Positions 49,639 through 58,440 of a DNA stretch of 64,000 bases are shown here, one piece after another; within the stretch, counting starts at the first letter, position 1; each line of letters opens with the position of its first letter. The stretch is from Gemmatimonadota bacterium (GTDB lineage Bacteria; Gemmatimonadota; Gemmatimonadetes; Gemmatimonadales; GWC2-71-9), in the NCBI GenBank assembly GCA_039588295.1, contig JBDHAB010000019.1:41834-105833 (forward strand), in the 5' to 3' direction. The notes under the pieces were generated by a model, which did not search any database, was not told the origin of the DNA, and saw nothing but the letters and a program-made list of their open reading frames with translations. The translations under genes and the position numbers were made by a program.

Positions 49639-51257
49639 TGGCCATCAAGGGCAGTCTGAAGGAAGCCTCGCTCGCCGACGTGCTCCAGCTGCTCTCGCTG
49701 GGCCAGAAGACCGGATGTCTCACAGTCACGGATCGCACCAACCTGGGCTACATCTACTTTGAGAAGGGGAGGATCATCTATGCGTCGATCGTGAATCGGC
49801 GCGATCGCCTCGGCGATATCCTGCTCAAGGGTGGGCGGATCACCGGCGAACAGCTCGAGTCCGGTATCGAACGGCAGTCCCAGCAGCGAGACCTGCGACT
49901 GGGGGAGATCCTCGTGACGCAGGGCTCGATCTCGCGTGACGATCTTGAGCACTACATGCGCGTGCAGATCGAGGAAGCCGTGTATTTCCTCTTCACGTGG
50001 ACGCGAGGGAACTTCACCTTCGAGGCCGACCTGCAGCCGGAAGAGCAGGACTTTGTGGTGAACATCAACCCCGAGACCCTGCTGCTGGAAGGGGCGCGTC
50101 GCGTCGATGAATGGGGCCTGATTCGGAAGAAGATCCCGTCCATGGACTACATCTTCACCGTGGAGCAAGGCCGAATCGACGGCTCCGACGTCCAGCTCAC
50201 TCGGGAACAGGAACGGATCGTTCCGCTTCTGGACGGATCCAGAGACGTGACGACGCTGGTTGATGACTCCGGTCTCGTCGAATTCGAGGTCGGCAAGGCG
50301 TTGTATGGCTTGATCACCGCAGGATTTGCGCACCGTACGGGTCGCAGCGAGACTCCGCGCCCCGTCGTGGCCGGAGACGCTCGAGCCAACGAACACAACA
50401 ATCTGGGCATCGCCTTCTACAAGACGGACATGCTGGATGAGGCGACTCGGGAGTTTCAGAAGGTCGTGGAACTGCGGCCAGCTGACGGGGATGCCTACTT
50501 CTACCTGGGCCTGATCGCCCTGAAGCAATCGCACTGGGAGGCAGCGGCCGCCTACTTCAATCAGGCGGTCGACAACGCCGGTCCGCGGGCGGCCGTGCTG
50601 GCCAATATGGCGTTCAGCTATGAAAAGGCAGGTCGCTTCGAGGAGGCAGACGACATCTATGCAGAGGCAGCGGCCCTCGCACCCAACGACCCGCGCATCC
50701 TCACGGGCTGGGGTATCGGCGCGCTCCACCGGGGTGATTTCGCGGTGGCGGCCGGCCGGTTGGACCGAGCACGCGAAGTCTCAGAGGATCGGGCGCTCGC
50801 TCCCCTGTGGTACTGGGCGCGGTCCCTGACCGCGGCGACGCTCGACCAGCTGGATGAAGCGGTGCGCCTGCTGCGCCAGGGGCTCGAGGCGTTTCCCGAC
50901 AATGTCGTGCTCCTGAACAATTTGGCCGTCGCGCTGGAATTGACGGGGGACGTGGATGAGGCGGGCGAGGCATTGCGGGCGTCATTGGCGGAAGAGCAGT
51001 CGGTCCCGCAGGTGTCTAAGAACCTCGGAGACCTGCTCTACCGCGCCGCACGGTATGACGATGCGTGGGAGGCCTATCAACGAGCGGTGCGGCTGCAACC
51101 GACGTTAGGTGACGACATCTACTTCAAGCTCGGCAACATCGCGTATAAGCGCCAGGATCGGGAACTCGCCACCGAGTACTGGAATCGCGCGTTGGAGCTG
51201 AACCCCGATCACGAACTGGCGCGGACCAATCTCGAGACGGTGAGCGCCCTGTCATGA
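49638..51257 (+). CDS. DUF4388 (PATAN-like) + tandem MshEN + TPR protein
   Basis: MAIKGSLKEASLADVLQLL; RLGDILL..RLGEILV; LLLEGARRVDEW; multiple C-terminal TPRs. Confidence 0.87.
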   Translation: MAIKGSLKEASLADVLQLLSLGQKTGCLTVTDRTNLGYIYFEKGRIIYASIVNRRDRLGDILLKGGRITGEQLESGIERQSQQRDLRLGEILVTQGSISRDDLEHYMRVQIEEAVYFLFTWTRGNFTFEADLQPEEQDFVVNINPETLLLEGARRVDEWGLIRKKIPSMDYIFTVEQGRIDGSDVQLTREQERIVPLLDGSRDVTTLVDDSGLVEFEVGKALYGLITAGFAHRTGRSETPRPVVAGDARANEHNNLGIAFYKTDMLDEATREFQKVVELRPADGDAYFYLGLIALKQSHWEAAAAYFNQAVDNAGPRAAVLANMAFSYEKAGRFEEADDIYAEAAALAPNDPRILTGWGIGALHRGDFAVAAGRLDRAREVSEDRALAPLWYWARSLTAATLDQLDEAVRLLRQGLEAFPDNVVLLNNLAVALELTGDVDEAGEALRASLAEEQSVPQVSKNLGDLLYRAARYDDAWEAYQRAVRLQPTLGDDIYFKLGNIAYKRQDRELATEYWNRALELNPDHELARTNLETVSALS

Positions 51258-51291
51258 CGCGGACGCGGCATGCGGGCCGCGGAGTGTGCTG

Positions 51292-52164
51292 GTGACGGAA
51301 TCCTTTACGGAATCCTTTCTCGACCTGGTTCGAGAGCGTTATGCCCGCGTGTTGGAGCGCCTCGAAACTGTGCGCACGCCCCAAGAGCGCGATCAGGTGA
51401 AGCGCGACATCATCGCGCTGTTCAAGACCGTCGATCAGTCCATCACCGATTTGTCGAAGCTGAAGGAAGACATCCGCGTTCTGGTGGATCGCTACAAGGA
51501 GCTGTCGCAGGACGAGCAAGAGGGCCAGGCGCCGCAATTCAGCGGGAGCGCTCCGGTGCTCCACGCCGATCACATTGGGGCCTCGACCTTCATCGAGAAG
51601 GGGTGGAGCCTCATCTCACTGGGTGATTACCCCGGCGCGATCCACGCGTTGGGAAAGGCACTTTCGTTGGCACCAGGGGACTTACAGGCTGAATCGATGC
51701 TGGGCTGGGCGCAGATGCTCAATGAGGAGTATGACTCGGCGCTGGGCACTTTCCAGGAAGTGCTCACCAAACAGCCGACGAACTCCCTCGCGCAGATCAA
51801 CGTCGGATACATCTGTCTCAAGAAACGCCTGTTTGCAGAGGCCATCGAGCACCTGTCGAAGGCAATCCGGTTGGACAATGACAAGAAGGCCACGCTCTAC
51901 GCGCACTACTATCTCGGACTCGTCTATTTCGCGCGTGAGATGTTTGCGGAAGCGCAGAGCTTCTTCGAGAAGACGCTGAAGATTGGACCGAACCTGATCG
52001 AAGCGTACTATGAACTGGGTCGTACTCAGTGGTTCGCGGGCGATCGAGAGGCGGCGAAGCATACCTGGGAACGGGGCTATCAGGCCAACAAGTTCAACCC
52101 GTGGGGCAAACGCTGCATGCAGACGCTCGATCTGGTCGCTCGAGGCCAGGAGCCCCCACGCTAG
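51292..52164 (+). CDS. Coiled-coil + TPR protein
   Basis: N-terminal coiled coil then about 5 TPRs; GGAG RBS before the GTG. Confidence 0.85.
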   Translation: MTESFTESFLDLVRERYARVLERLETVRTPQERDQVKRDIIALFKTVDQSITDLSKLKEDIRVLVDRYKELSQDEQEGQAPQFSGSAPVLHADHIGASTFIEKGWSLISLGDYPGAIHALGKALSLAPGDLQAESMLGWAQMLNEEYDSALGTFQEVLTKQPTNSLAQINVGYICLKKRLFAEAIEHLSKAIRLDNDKKATLYAHYYLGLVYFAREMFAEAQSFFEKTLKIGPNLIEAYYELGRTQWFAGDREAAKHTWERGYQANKFNPWGKRCMQTLDLVARGQEPPR

Positions 52165-53024
52165 TTCCACTCCTGCTCTTGTTGGCTCAGACCGGCGAGC
52201 CCAGCGTGGTGCAGGTGGGGCGTGTCAACGTCATCTATTGGGCGGGATCGGGGGCCACCGCCGTCGCCCTCGGCGAGTTCGCCGATCGTGCGGGACCCTG
52301 GCCCGGCATTCCCGATCCGCCGCGGCGTCCCATACGGCTGATTCTCGCGCCCGATGCCCGGCGCTTCGATTCGCTGACGGCTGGGCGCATTCCGGAGTGG
52401 GGCCAGGCCGCGTCATTTCCGGCCTCCAATACGATCGTGCTCACGCTCTCGCGGGATCATCGTCGAGTGCTCCGCCACGAGCTGGCGCATCTGGCGCTCC
52501 ACAGCGTGGTGCAACGCGTGCCGCGGTGGTTCGACGAAGGCTATGCGGCCCGTGCTGCGGGGGAATGGGATCGGTTGGAGGCCCTCCGCGTGAACTGGGC
52601 GCTGCTGCGCGGAGCCGCCCCGTCCCTGGCGGCCCTGGATCGGTATATCCGCTCGGGCACGGCGGCGGAGGCTGAGGCGTCCTACGCGCTGGCGACCACT
52701 GCGGTGCTGCTGCTGGAGCGGATGGGTGGAGAGCGGCGGCTCGAACCACTGCTGGCGAGGCTGCGCGGCACGTCCGACTTCGATCTCGCACTGCGGGCCA
52801 CGCACCAGATCACGCTGGGGCAGTTCGAAGAGTCGTGGCGCAAGGATCTGCGCACGCGCTATGGCTGGTTGCTGCTGGTCACGTCTCTGACCGTGTTTTG
52901 GGCGTTCGTCGCGCTCATCCTCACGGCACTCTGGGCCCGCCGACGCCAACGCGACCCCGAGCGCCGCCGGGCGCTCGACGAGGGGTGGGTTGTCCCGGAA
53001 GATCAATGGAACCCGGATGCTTGA
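52101..53024 (+). CDS. Peptidase MA / gluzincin-like protein with C-terminal TM anchor
   Basis: HELAH and WFDEG motifs; hydrophobic N-terminal segment and C-terminal TM; start uncertain. Confidence 0.72.
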   Translation: MGQTLHADARSGRSRPGAPTLVPLLLLLAQTGEPSVVQVGRVNVIYWAGSGATAVALGEFADRAGPWPGIPDPPRRPIRLILAPDARRFDSLTAGRIPEWGQAASFPASNTIVLTLSRDHRRVLRHELAHLALHSVVQRVPRWFDEGYAARAAGEWDRLEALRVNWALLRGAAPSLAALDRYIRSGTAAEAEASYALATTAVLLLERMGGERRLEPLLARLRGTSDFDLALRATHQITLGQFEESWRKDLRTRYGWLLLVTSLTVFWAFVALILTALWARRRQRDPERRRALDEGWVVPEDQWNPDA

Positions 53025-53049
53025 CGCTCCCGGAACCTAGGATTAGCCT
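53021..53049 (+). promoter_or_regulatory. Sigma70-type promoter for the small ORF and tRNA-Val
   Basis: TTGACG-17 nt-TAGCCT. Confidence 0.55.
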
Positions 53050-53057
53050 GAGTGTCT

Positions 53058-53243
53058 ATGAAGAATAGGACCGAGTCACCAGCGCGTCTTCGGTTTCGGC
53101 GCCGCAACATGGTGCTGCTGGGAGCGGCCATCGGGGCGCTCGCAGTAGGGTATGTGCTGCTTGCGCGGGGTTCGACGGTGGCAGCCCCTGTGCTCTTGGT
53201 CCTGGGCTACTGTGTGTTGTTCCCATTGGGACTGGCGCTGTGA
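53058..53243 (+). CDS. Small 2-TM membrane protein (DUF3098-like)
   Basis: F.RRN.VLLG...GYVLL..GS...APVLLVLGY pattern. Confidence 0.7.
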   Translation: MKNRTESPARLRFRRRNMVLLGAAIGALAVGYVLLARGSTVAAPVLLVLGYCVLFPLGLAL

Positions 53244-53256
53244 GCGGCGGTCTCGC

Positions 53257-53330
53257 GGGCGAATAGCTCAGGGGTTCAGAGCGCCTGCCTTACAAGCAGG
53301 AAGTCGGGGGTTCAAATCCCTCTTCGCCCA
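53257..53330 (+). tRNA. tRNA-Val(TAC)
   Basis: Acceptor GGGCGAA/TTCGCCC; anticodon arm CCTGC-cttacaa-GCAGG; T loop GGTTCAAATCC; CCA not encoded. Confidence 0.96.
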
Positions 53331-53376
53331 TGTTGAGGGCAATCATGAACCGGTACAGATCCGGAGGGCAGTAGTC

Positions 53377-55125
53377 TTGCGGACACGCTTACAGATTCGA
53401 CTTGTTGTAGCATTGCTTGGTGCTGTGCTGGCGGTGTCCTTCACGACCACCGGCGCGCAGGCCCAGCTTGCCGTTCGGCAGTCCAACTTGAAGATCCTCT
53501 TCCTGATTCCGCACGCGGCTGAAACTGCCGATTCCGCGTTTGCCGTCCAACTGGCCAACGAAGTGCGAACGCGGCTGCGCAACAAGATGCGGCATAAGCT
53601 CCTGATCATTCAGAGCGACGTGATCTGCCAGGTGCTCGAGGAATCGGCCTACAGCTGTGACGCCGTGCTCGGTCCGGCGGACGCCGACCGGTTGGCGCGC
53701 GCGCTGGTGTCGGACGCCTACATCACCGGCAGTCTGTGGCGTGACGGCGACGCTCCGGTTGCGCGGTTCCACATCATCAACGTCAGCCGGTCCGGGCTGT
53801 CTGGCTGGACCACCGTCACCGGTTTGACTGAAGATCAGCCGCGGGACTTCGCGGAAACCATCGTCGACAGCCTGGACAATCAGGTGCGAGCGGCGGAGCA
53901 CGCCCGTGAGTGCTCCGATCGCATTGGCCGCGGTGACTTCTCGGGGGCGAGAAACCGGGCGGAGCGCGCGTTCCGCCTGTATCCGAACCACCCGTCGGCC
54001 GCGATGTGTGCCGAAGTGGTCGCGGAAGCGATGCGTCAGCCGCCCGACAGCCAGATTGCCATGCTCGAGCGGGCCGTGGCCGGCGATTCGCTGCTGGTGC
54101 GCGGGTGGGAGCGACTGGGGCGGCTGTATCAACAACGTGGCGACACGCTGAGTGCGCTCCAGGCGTTCGCGCGCCAGAGCACCATCGACCAGGGCAACCG
54201 CGAGTTGCGGATGGGAGTCGTGGCCGGCGCCATCACCGCCAGAGAGTATGCCGTGGCGCGCGACCTTGCCAACGAATGGTTAAATCGGAACCCCACCGAC
54301 CTTGGCATGCTGCAGCTCAAAGCGCGGACGTGCGTCGAGGGAGCGCTGTGGGGTTGTGCAGTGGCTGCGCTGTCGTCGCAGTACGAGGTCGACACCACGC
54401 TTGTCGGCGACACGGTGTTCTACCAGCAGATCATCGGTGCCGCACAGGCGATGGGCGATACCGCGGCACAACTCGAGTGGTCCGGTATCGCGGTCGATGA
54501 AGCACCGGACGTCGTCACCCTCTGGCGGGCGCATGCCAGCGCGCTGGCCACCATCGGGAATACGGATTCGGTGGTAGCCGTCTACGAGCGCCTCCTGTCG
54601 CTCGACCCAACGGATTTCCGCAGCGCCTTGGCGGGAGCACGCATCCTGCTCGAGGATCTGCCGATCGACACGGCGACCCCGCTGGATACGGCGCGCCTCC
54701 GCAAGGGCGGAAGTTTCCTCATGCGCGCGACGACCGCCAGTCGAGACACGTCCGTACTCATGAACGCCGCGGTCATGTACTACCAGAAGGGATCGGCGCT
54801 GGTGCGGGCGCGCAAGGAGCTGGCGACCGCCGTGCAGTGGTTGGAGCGGTCCGTCGAGAACGATGTCCTCGGTCGACTGTCGCAACAGAGCAATTTCTTC
54901 CTCGGACTCGGCCTGATGTTCCGGATCTTCGAGTTCGATCCGCAGGTCACGGAGACGAAGTCGTGTGACCTGGTGGAAGTGGAGGCGAGCATGGTGTCAC
55001 GCGGCATTCAGGCCATGCGACTGGGGTCCTCGATCGCGCCGGATCGAGCTGAGCAGTTCCTGCAGCAGTTCCAGGCGTTCGAGTCGAGGATTCCAAATCT
55101 CCGACGCGCATTCCAGTGTCGATAG
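53377..55125 (+). CDS. Secreted TPR-like protein with N-terminal alpha/beta domain
   Basis: GGAGG RBS before TTG; signal peptide ending AQA-Q; helical repeats; several Cys pairs. Confidence 0.75.
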   Translation: MRTRLQIRLVVALLGAVLAVSFTTTGAQAQLAVRQSNLKILFLIPHAAETADSAFAVQLANEVRTRLRNKMRHKLLIIQSDVICQVLEESAYSCDAVLGPADADRLARALVSDAYITGSLWRDGDAPVARFHIINVSRSGLSGWTTVTGLTEDQPRDFAETIVDSLDNQVRAAEHARECSDRIGRGDFSGARNRAERAFRLYPNHPSAAMCAEVVAEAMRQPPDSQIAMLERAVAGDSLLVRGWERLGRLYQQRGDTLSALQAFARQSTIDQGNRELRMGVVAGAITAREYAVARDLANEWLNRNPTDLGMLQLKARTCVEGALWGCAVAALSSQYEVDTTLVGDTVFYQQIIGAAQAMGDTAAQLEWSGIAVDEAPDVVTLWRAHASALATIGNTDSVVAVYERLLSLDPTDFRSALAGARILLEDLPIDTATPLDTARLRKGGSFLMRATTASRDTSVLMNAAVMYYQKGSALVRARKELATAVQWLERSVENDVLGRLSQQSNFFLGLGLMFRIFEFDPQVTETKSCDLVEVEASMVSRGIQAMRLGSSIAPDRAEQFLQQFQAFESRIPNLRRAFQCR

Positions 55126-55129
55126 GAGC

Positions 55130-55158
55130 TTGAATTCGAGTCAGAGCGGGTCTACATT
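55130..55158 (+). promoter_or_regulatory. Sigma70-type promoter for tRNA-Asp
   Basis: TTGAAT-17 nt-TACATT followed by a GC-rich discriminator. Confidence 0.65.
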
Positions 55159-55176
55159 GCGTCGCTGCTGTGGATT

Positions 55177-55250
55177 GGGGCTGTAGCTCAGCTGGTTAGA
55201 GTGCCGGTCTGTCACACCGGAGGCCGCGGGTTCAAATCCCGTCAGCCCCG
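55177..55250 (+). tRNA. tRNA-Asp(GTC)
   Basis: Acceptor GGGGCTG/CAGCCCC; anticodon arm CCGGT-ctgtcac-ACCGG; T loop GGTTCAAATCC; CCA not encoded. Confidence 0.96.
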
Positions 55251-55279
55251 TTCGGCTCATGATCGCTCGACACAACTTC

Positions 55280-55315
55280 GGCCCCGCGCGCACCGCTCGC
55301 GGGGCCATCGTTTTT
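55280..55315 (+). terminator. Intrinsic terminator after tRNA-Asp
   Basis: GGCCCCGCG...CGCGGGGCC stem then atcgTTTTT. Confidence 0.6.
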
Positions 55316-55317
55316 CC

Positions 55318-56238
55318 GTGAGCCCGACGGAACGCCGCTACCACGCACCCGTGATGGCGGACGTCGTGCTTCGCCTAGCGACCGGATGCCGGCGCGCGGT
55401 CGACGGCACCGCCGGGGACGGTGGGCACACGGCGCGGCTACGGGGACTCGGTGCGCGGGTGCTCGCCGTGGATCGCGACCCGCGTGCTTTGGAACGCGCG
55501 CGGACGCGGCTTGGCGATCCGGACATCCGGTGGGTCGACGGTTCGTTCGCGAGTGAACAGGTGCTCGCCGAGATCGCCTCCTACCGGCCCGATTTCGTCC
55601 TCCTCGACCTCGGTGTGTCCTCCCTCCAGCTCGATGACGACACGCGTGGCTTCTCGTTTCGACGGGGTGCGCCGCTGGATATGCGGATGAGTGGCCGCGG
55701 GTGGACGGCGGCCGAATGCGTGAACGAACTCGATCAGGCCGAGCTCGCCCGGGTGTTTCGGGAGTACGGAGACGAACGGCGTGCCTCGCGGCTGGCGCGG
55801 ACCATCGTACAGCGGCGATCGCGCCAGCCCTTGGCGACCAGCGATGACCTCGTGAATGCGATCCGGGCGGCCCTTGGCCCGCGAACGGGCCCCCCGGAGT
55901 TTGCACGGCTGTTTCAGGCCCTTCGTATTGCGGTGAACGACGAGTTGCGTGAGCTCAGCGCCGCACTCCCCGAGTTACGCGAGGCCCTCGAGCCCGGCGG
56001 ACGACTCGTGGTGATTGCGTATCATTCAGGGGAAGACCGCATCGTGAAGCGGCTGTTTCGCGATTGGACGCGTTCCTGTGTGTGCCCGCCCGGTCAGCCC
56101 GTCTGCACCTGCCGTGGCCGGCCGCTCGGCGCGCTGGATCCGGCGAAACCGGTCACGCCGTCGTCCGAAGAGGTGGCGGCCAATCCTCGTGCGCGGAGCG
56201 CAAGGCTTCGAGGCTTCCGGATGCATGGCGCAAGCTAG
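55318..56238 (+). CDS. rsmH: 16S rRNA m4C1402 methyltransferase
   Basis: HAPVM, VDGTAGDGGH, DLGVSSLQLD, LDMRM, FQALRIAVN, YHSGEDRIVK, NPRARSARLR. Confidence 0.95.
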   Translation: MSPTERRYHAPVMADVVLRLATGCRRAVDGTAGDGGHTARLRGLGARVLAVDRDPRALERARTRLGDPDIRWVDGSFASEQVLAEIASYRPDFVLLDLGVSSLQLDDDTRGFSFRRGAPLDMRMSGRGWTAAECVNELDQAELARVFREYGDERRASRLARTIVQRRSRQPLATSDDLVNAIRAALGPRTGPPEFARLFQALRIAVNDELRELSAALPELREALEPGGRLVVIAYHSGEDRIVKRLFRDWTRSCVCPPGQPVCTCRGRPLGALDPAKPVTPSSEEVAANPRARSARLRGFRMHGAS

Positions 56239-56515
56239 GGGTCGTCTGTGGGTGATCGTGTGGCTCGGGTTCGTTCTCGGGATCCTCGCATGGGTCGTAG
56301 CGCGTCAAACCTCGGCGGTCGTCACGGCGTCGGAGCTCGAGGAGCGCCGCAATGAGCGTCGCGTACTCGAGGGACGCAAAGCGCAGCTCCTACGCCGGAT
56401 CAGCACGGCAGAGAGCCGTGCGATTCTCATTCCGCGCGCGCGGGCCTTGGGACTTCGGCCGGCAGCGGACTCCGAGCTGGTGATTCTCGAAGCCCTCCCC
56501 GGTGAGAGGCGGTAA
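56225..56515 (+). CDS. ftsL: Cell division protein FtsL-like
   Basis: TM helix + coiled coil + ARALGL; lies between rsmH and ftsI. Confidence 0.7.
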   Translation: MAQARGRLWVIVWLGFVLGILAWVVARQTSAVVTASELEERRNERRVLEGRKAQLLRRISTAESRAILIPRARALGLRPAADSELVILEALPGERR

Positions 56516-56517
56516 CG

Positions 56518-58440
56518 GTGGCCAAACCGACGGTCCGACTCCGGCTGGTCCAGCTCGCGTTCGTGGTTGGCCTCGTGCTGCTGCTGGCGCGTGCGGCACA
56601 AGTGCAGCTGGTCCAAGGCGCCGAACATGCTGCCACGGCCGCTTCGAGGCGCACGACCGTGCGCGACCTGCCAGCGCCACGCGGCACGATCTACGACCGC
56701 AACGGTACTGCACTCGCGCTCACCGAACAGCGATTCCACGTGGGCGTCGCCAGCAACGAACTACGCAACCCTGAAGCCGACATGCAGCTGCTGGCGCGGC
56801 AACTGCGCCTGGGGCTCCGGGATGTGCGGAGCAAGCTCCGCGAGCGGTGGGCGCATTTTCGCGGACCGTACAGTTCGCTGGACGTCCAGCCACTGCGGCA
56901 GATGCGCGGAGTCCATCTCAATGAGTGGGAGTATGAGCGGTTTCATCCGCACCCGGACTTGGCCCGAGGCCTCCTCGGGCGACGCGGAGTGCCGGGTCGT
57001 CCCGCGAGTGGGCTCGAACGGATCCTGGACAGCCTGCTCACGGGAACCCCGGGGCAGGCGGTGGTGCTGAAGGATCCGAGCGGTGGAGATCTCGAATCCC
57101 CGTCGCGGCTGAGCGCCTTTCCGGTACCCGGACACGATGTGTGGCTCACGATCGATGCCGACCTCCAGGAGATCGTAGAGCGGGCGCTGGCGGATGCGGT
57201 GGAGCAGTTCGACGCTGGTGGGGGCGATGTCGTCGTTCTCGATCCGGGAACGGGAGAGATCCTCGCGGCGGCGTGGCGCGGGGCGAGCACCACGAGCGCC
57301 TTTGCCAGCACGTTCGAACCAGGATCCACCGCGAAGTTGTTCACCGCGTCCGCCGTGCTCGCCCACGGGTTGGCCCGGGCAGGGGACAGTGTATGGACAG
57401 AGCGGGGACGCTACGATCTGAACGGTCGCATCATCCGCGACGAGCACGAGTCGGGGTGGCTCAACCTCCGGGGCGTATTCCGGTACTCGAGTAACATCGG
57501 GATCGCGAAGTTCTCCCACCTCCTGACCCCGGAGCTGCAGTTTCGGATGCTGCGCGACTTCGGGGTGGGGACGCCGACGGGGGTAGAGTTTCCGCTCGAA
57601 GCCGAGGGCAGGCTGCGGCTGCCGCATCAGTGGAGCGGCACGAGTTCCGTGAGTCTGGCGATGGGATACGAACTGGCCGTGACGCCGCTCCAGTTGGCGC
57701 AGGCGTACGCCGTGATCGCCAACGACGGCGTGCTGATGCAGCCCACCCTGGTTCGTGAAGTCCGGGCACCCGACGGACGCGTCGTGTACCGCCACCGACC
57801 CCGGCCCGTCCGACGCGTCTTGCCCGGTGAAGTGGCCGCGACGCTGCGAACGCTGCTCCGAGCGGTGGTGTACGAGGGCGGCACGGGTGAGACGGCCGCG
57901 CTGACGAGCTACGAGGTGGCGGGGAAGACGGGAACCGCCCGGCGGGCGGGCCCGGGTGGCTATAGCCGGACAGAGCACGTGGCGAACTTCGCGTCCCTGT
58001 TTCCGGCCAACGATCCGCAGCTGGTCATGGTGGTGAAGCTCGATGATCCGCGGGAGACGTACGCGCGCCTTACCGCCGCGCCCGTGACGCGCCGTGTCCT
58101 CGAGGAATTGCTGGCTGCGCCGCACGGACCGCTGGACCGCGCGCGACTCAGTCGGTCCCAGGTCTCGGTCACGAGCGCTCCCCCAGGCGATGCACTCCCC
58201 GAACCGTGGGTCGTACCATGGCCGGCTCGGCAGACCACCGACTCGGCTACCCCGCGAGCTATTCCAGACGTGGCGGGACTCACCCTACGGAGTGCCGCCC
58301 GAGCCCTCCACGCCGCGGGCTTTCAGGTGCGCGCCGAGGGCTGGGGCATCGTCGCGGCTACCGATCCCGCTCCCGGGAAACAGGCGGCGCCCGGGACGGT
58401 GGTCACGGTGAGGGCCCGTCCCGCCTCGCGGACCCGATGA
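56518..58440 (+). CDS. ftsI: Class B penicillin-binding protein FtsI with PASTA domain
   Basis: RGTIYDRNG, EPGSTAK (SxxK), SSN, KTGT; C-terminal PASTA IPDVAGL. Confidence 0.92.
   Translation: MAKPTVRLRLVQLAFVVGLVLLLARAAQVQLVQGAEHAATAASRRTTVRDLPAPRGTIYDRNGTALALTEQRFHVGVASNELRNPEADMQLLARQLRLGLRDVRSKLRERWAHFRGPYSSLDVQPLRQMRGVHLNEWEYERFHPHPDLARGLLGRRGVPGRPASGLERILDSLLTGTPGQAVVLKDPSGGDLESPSRLSAFPVPGHDVWLTIDADLQEIVERALADAVEQFDAGGGDVVVLDPGTGEILAAAWRGASTTSAFASTFEPGSTAKLFTASAVLAHGLARAGDSVWTERGRYDLNGRIIRDEHESGWLNLRGVFRYSSNIGIAKFSHLLTPELQFRMLRDFGVGTPTGVEFPLEAEGRLRLPHQWSGTSSVSLAMGYELAVTPLQLAQAYAVIANDGVLMQPTLVREVRAPDGRVVYRHRPRPVRRVLPGEVAATLRTLLRAVVYEGGTGETAALTSYEVAGKTGTARRAGPGGYSRTEHVANFASLFPANDPQLVMVVKLDDPRETYARLTAAPVTRRVLEELLAAPHGPLDRARLSRSQVSVTSAPPGDALPEPWVVPWPARQTTDSATPRAIPDVAGLTLRSAARALHAAGFQVRAEGWGIVAATDPAPGKQAAPGTVVTVRARPASRTR

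Noticed and set aside
53257..55250. tRNA-anchored genomic island between tRNA-Val and tRNA-Asp
   Set aside because: No integrase, no duplicated tRNA 3' end and no obvious compositional shift
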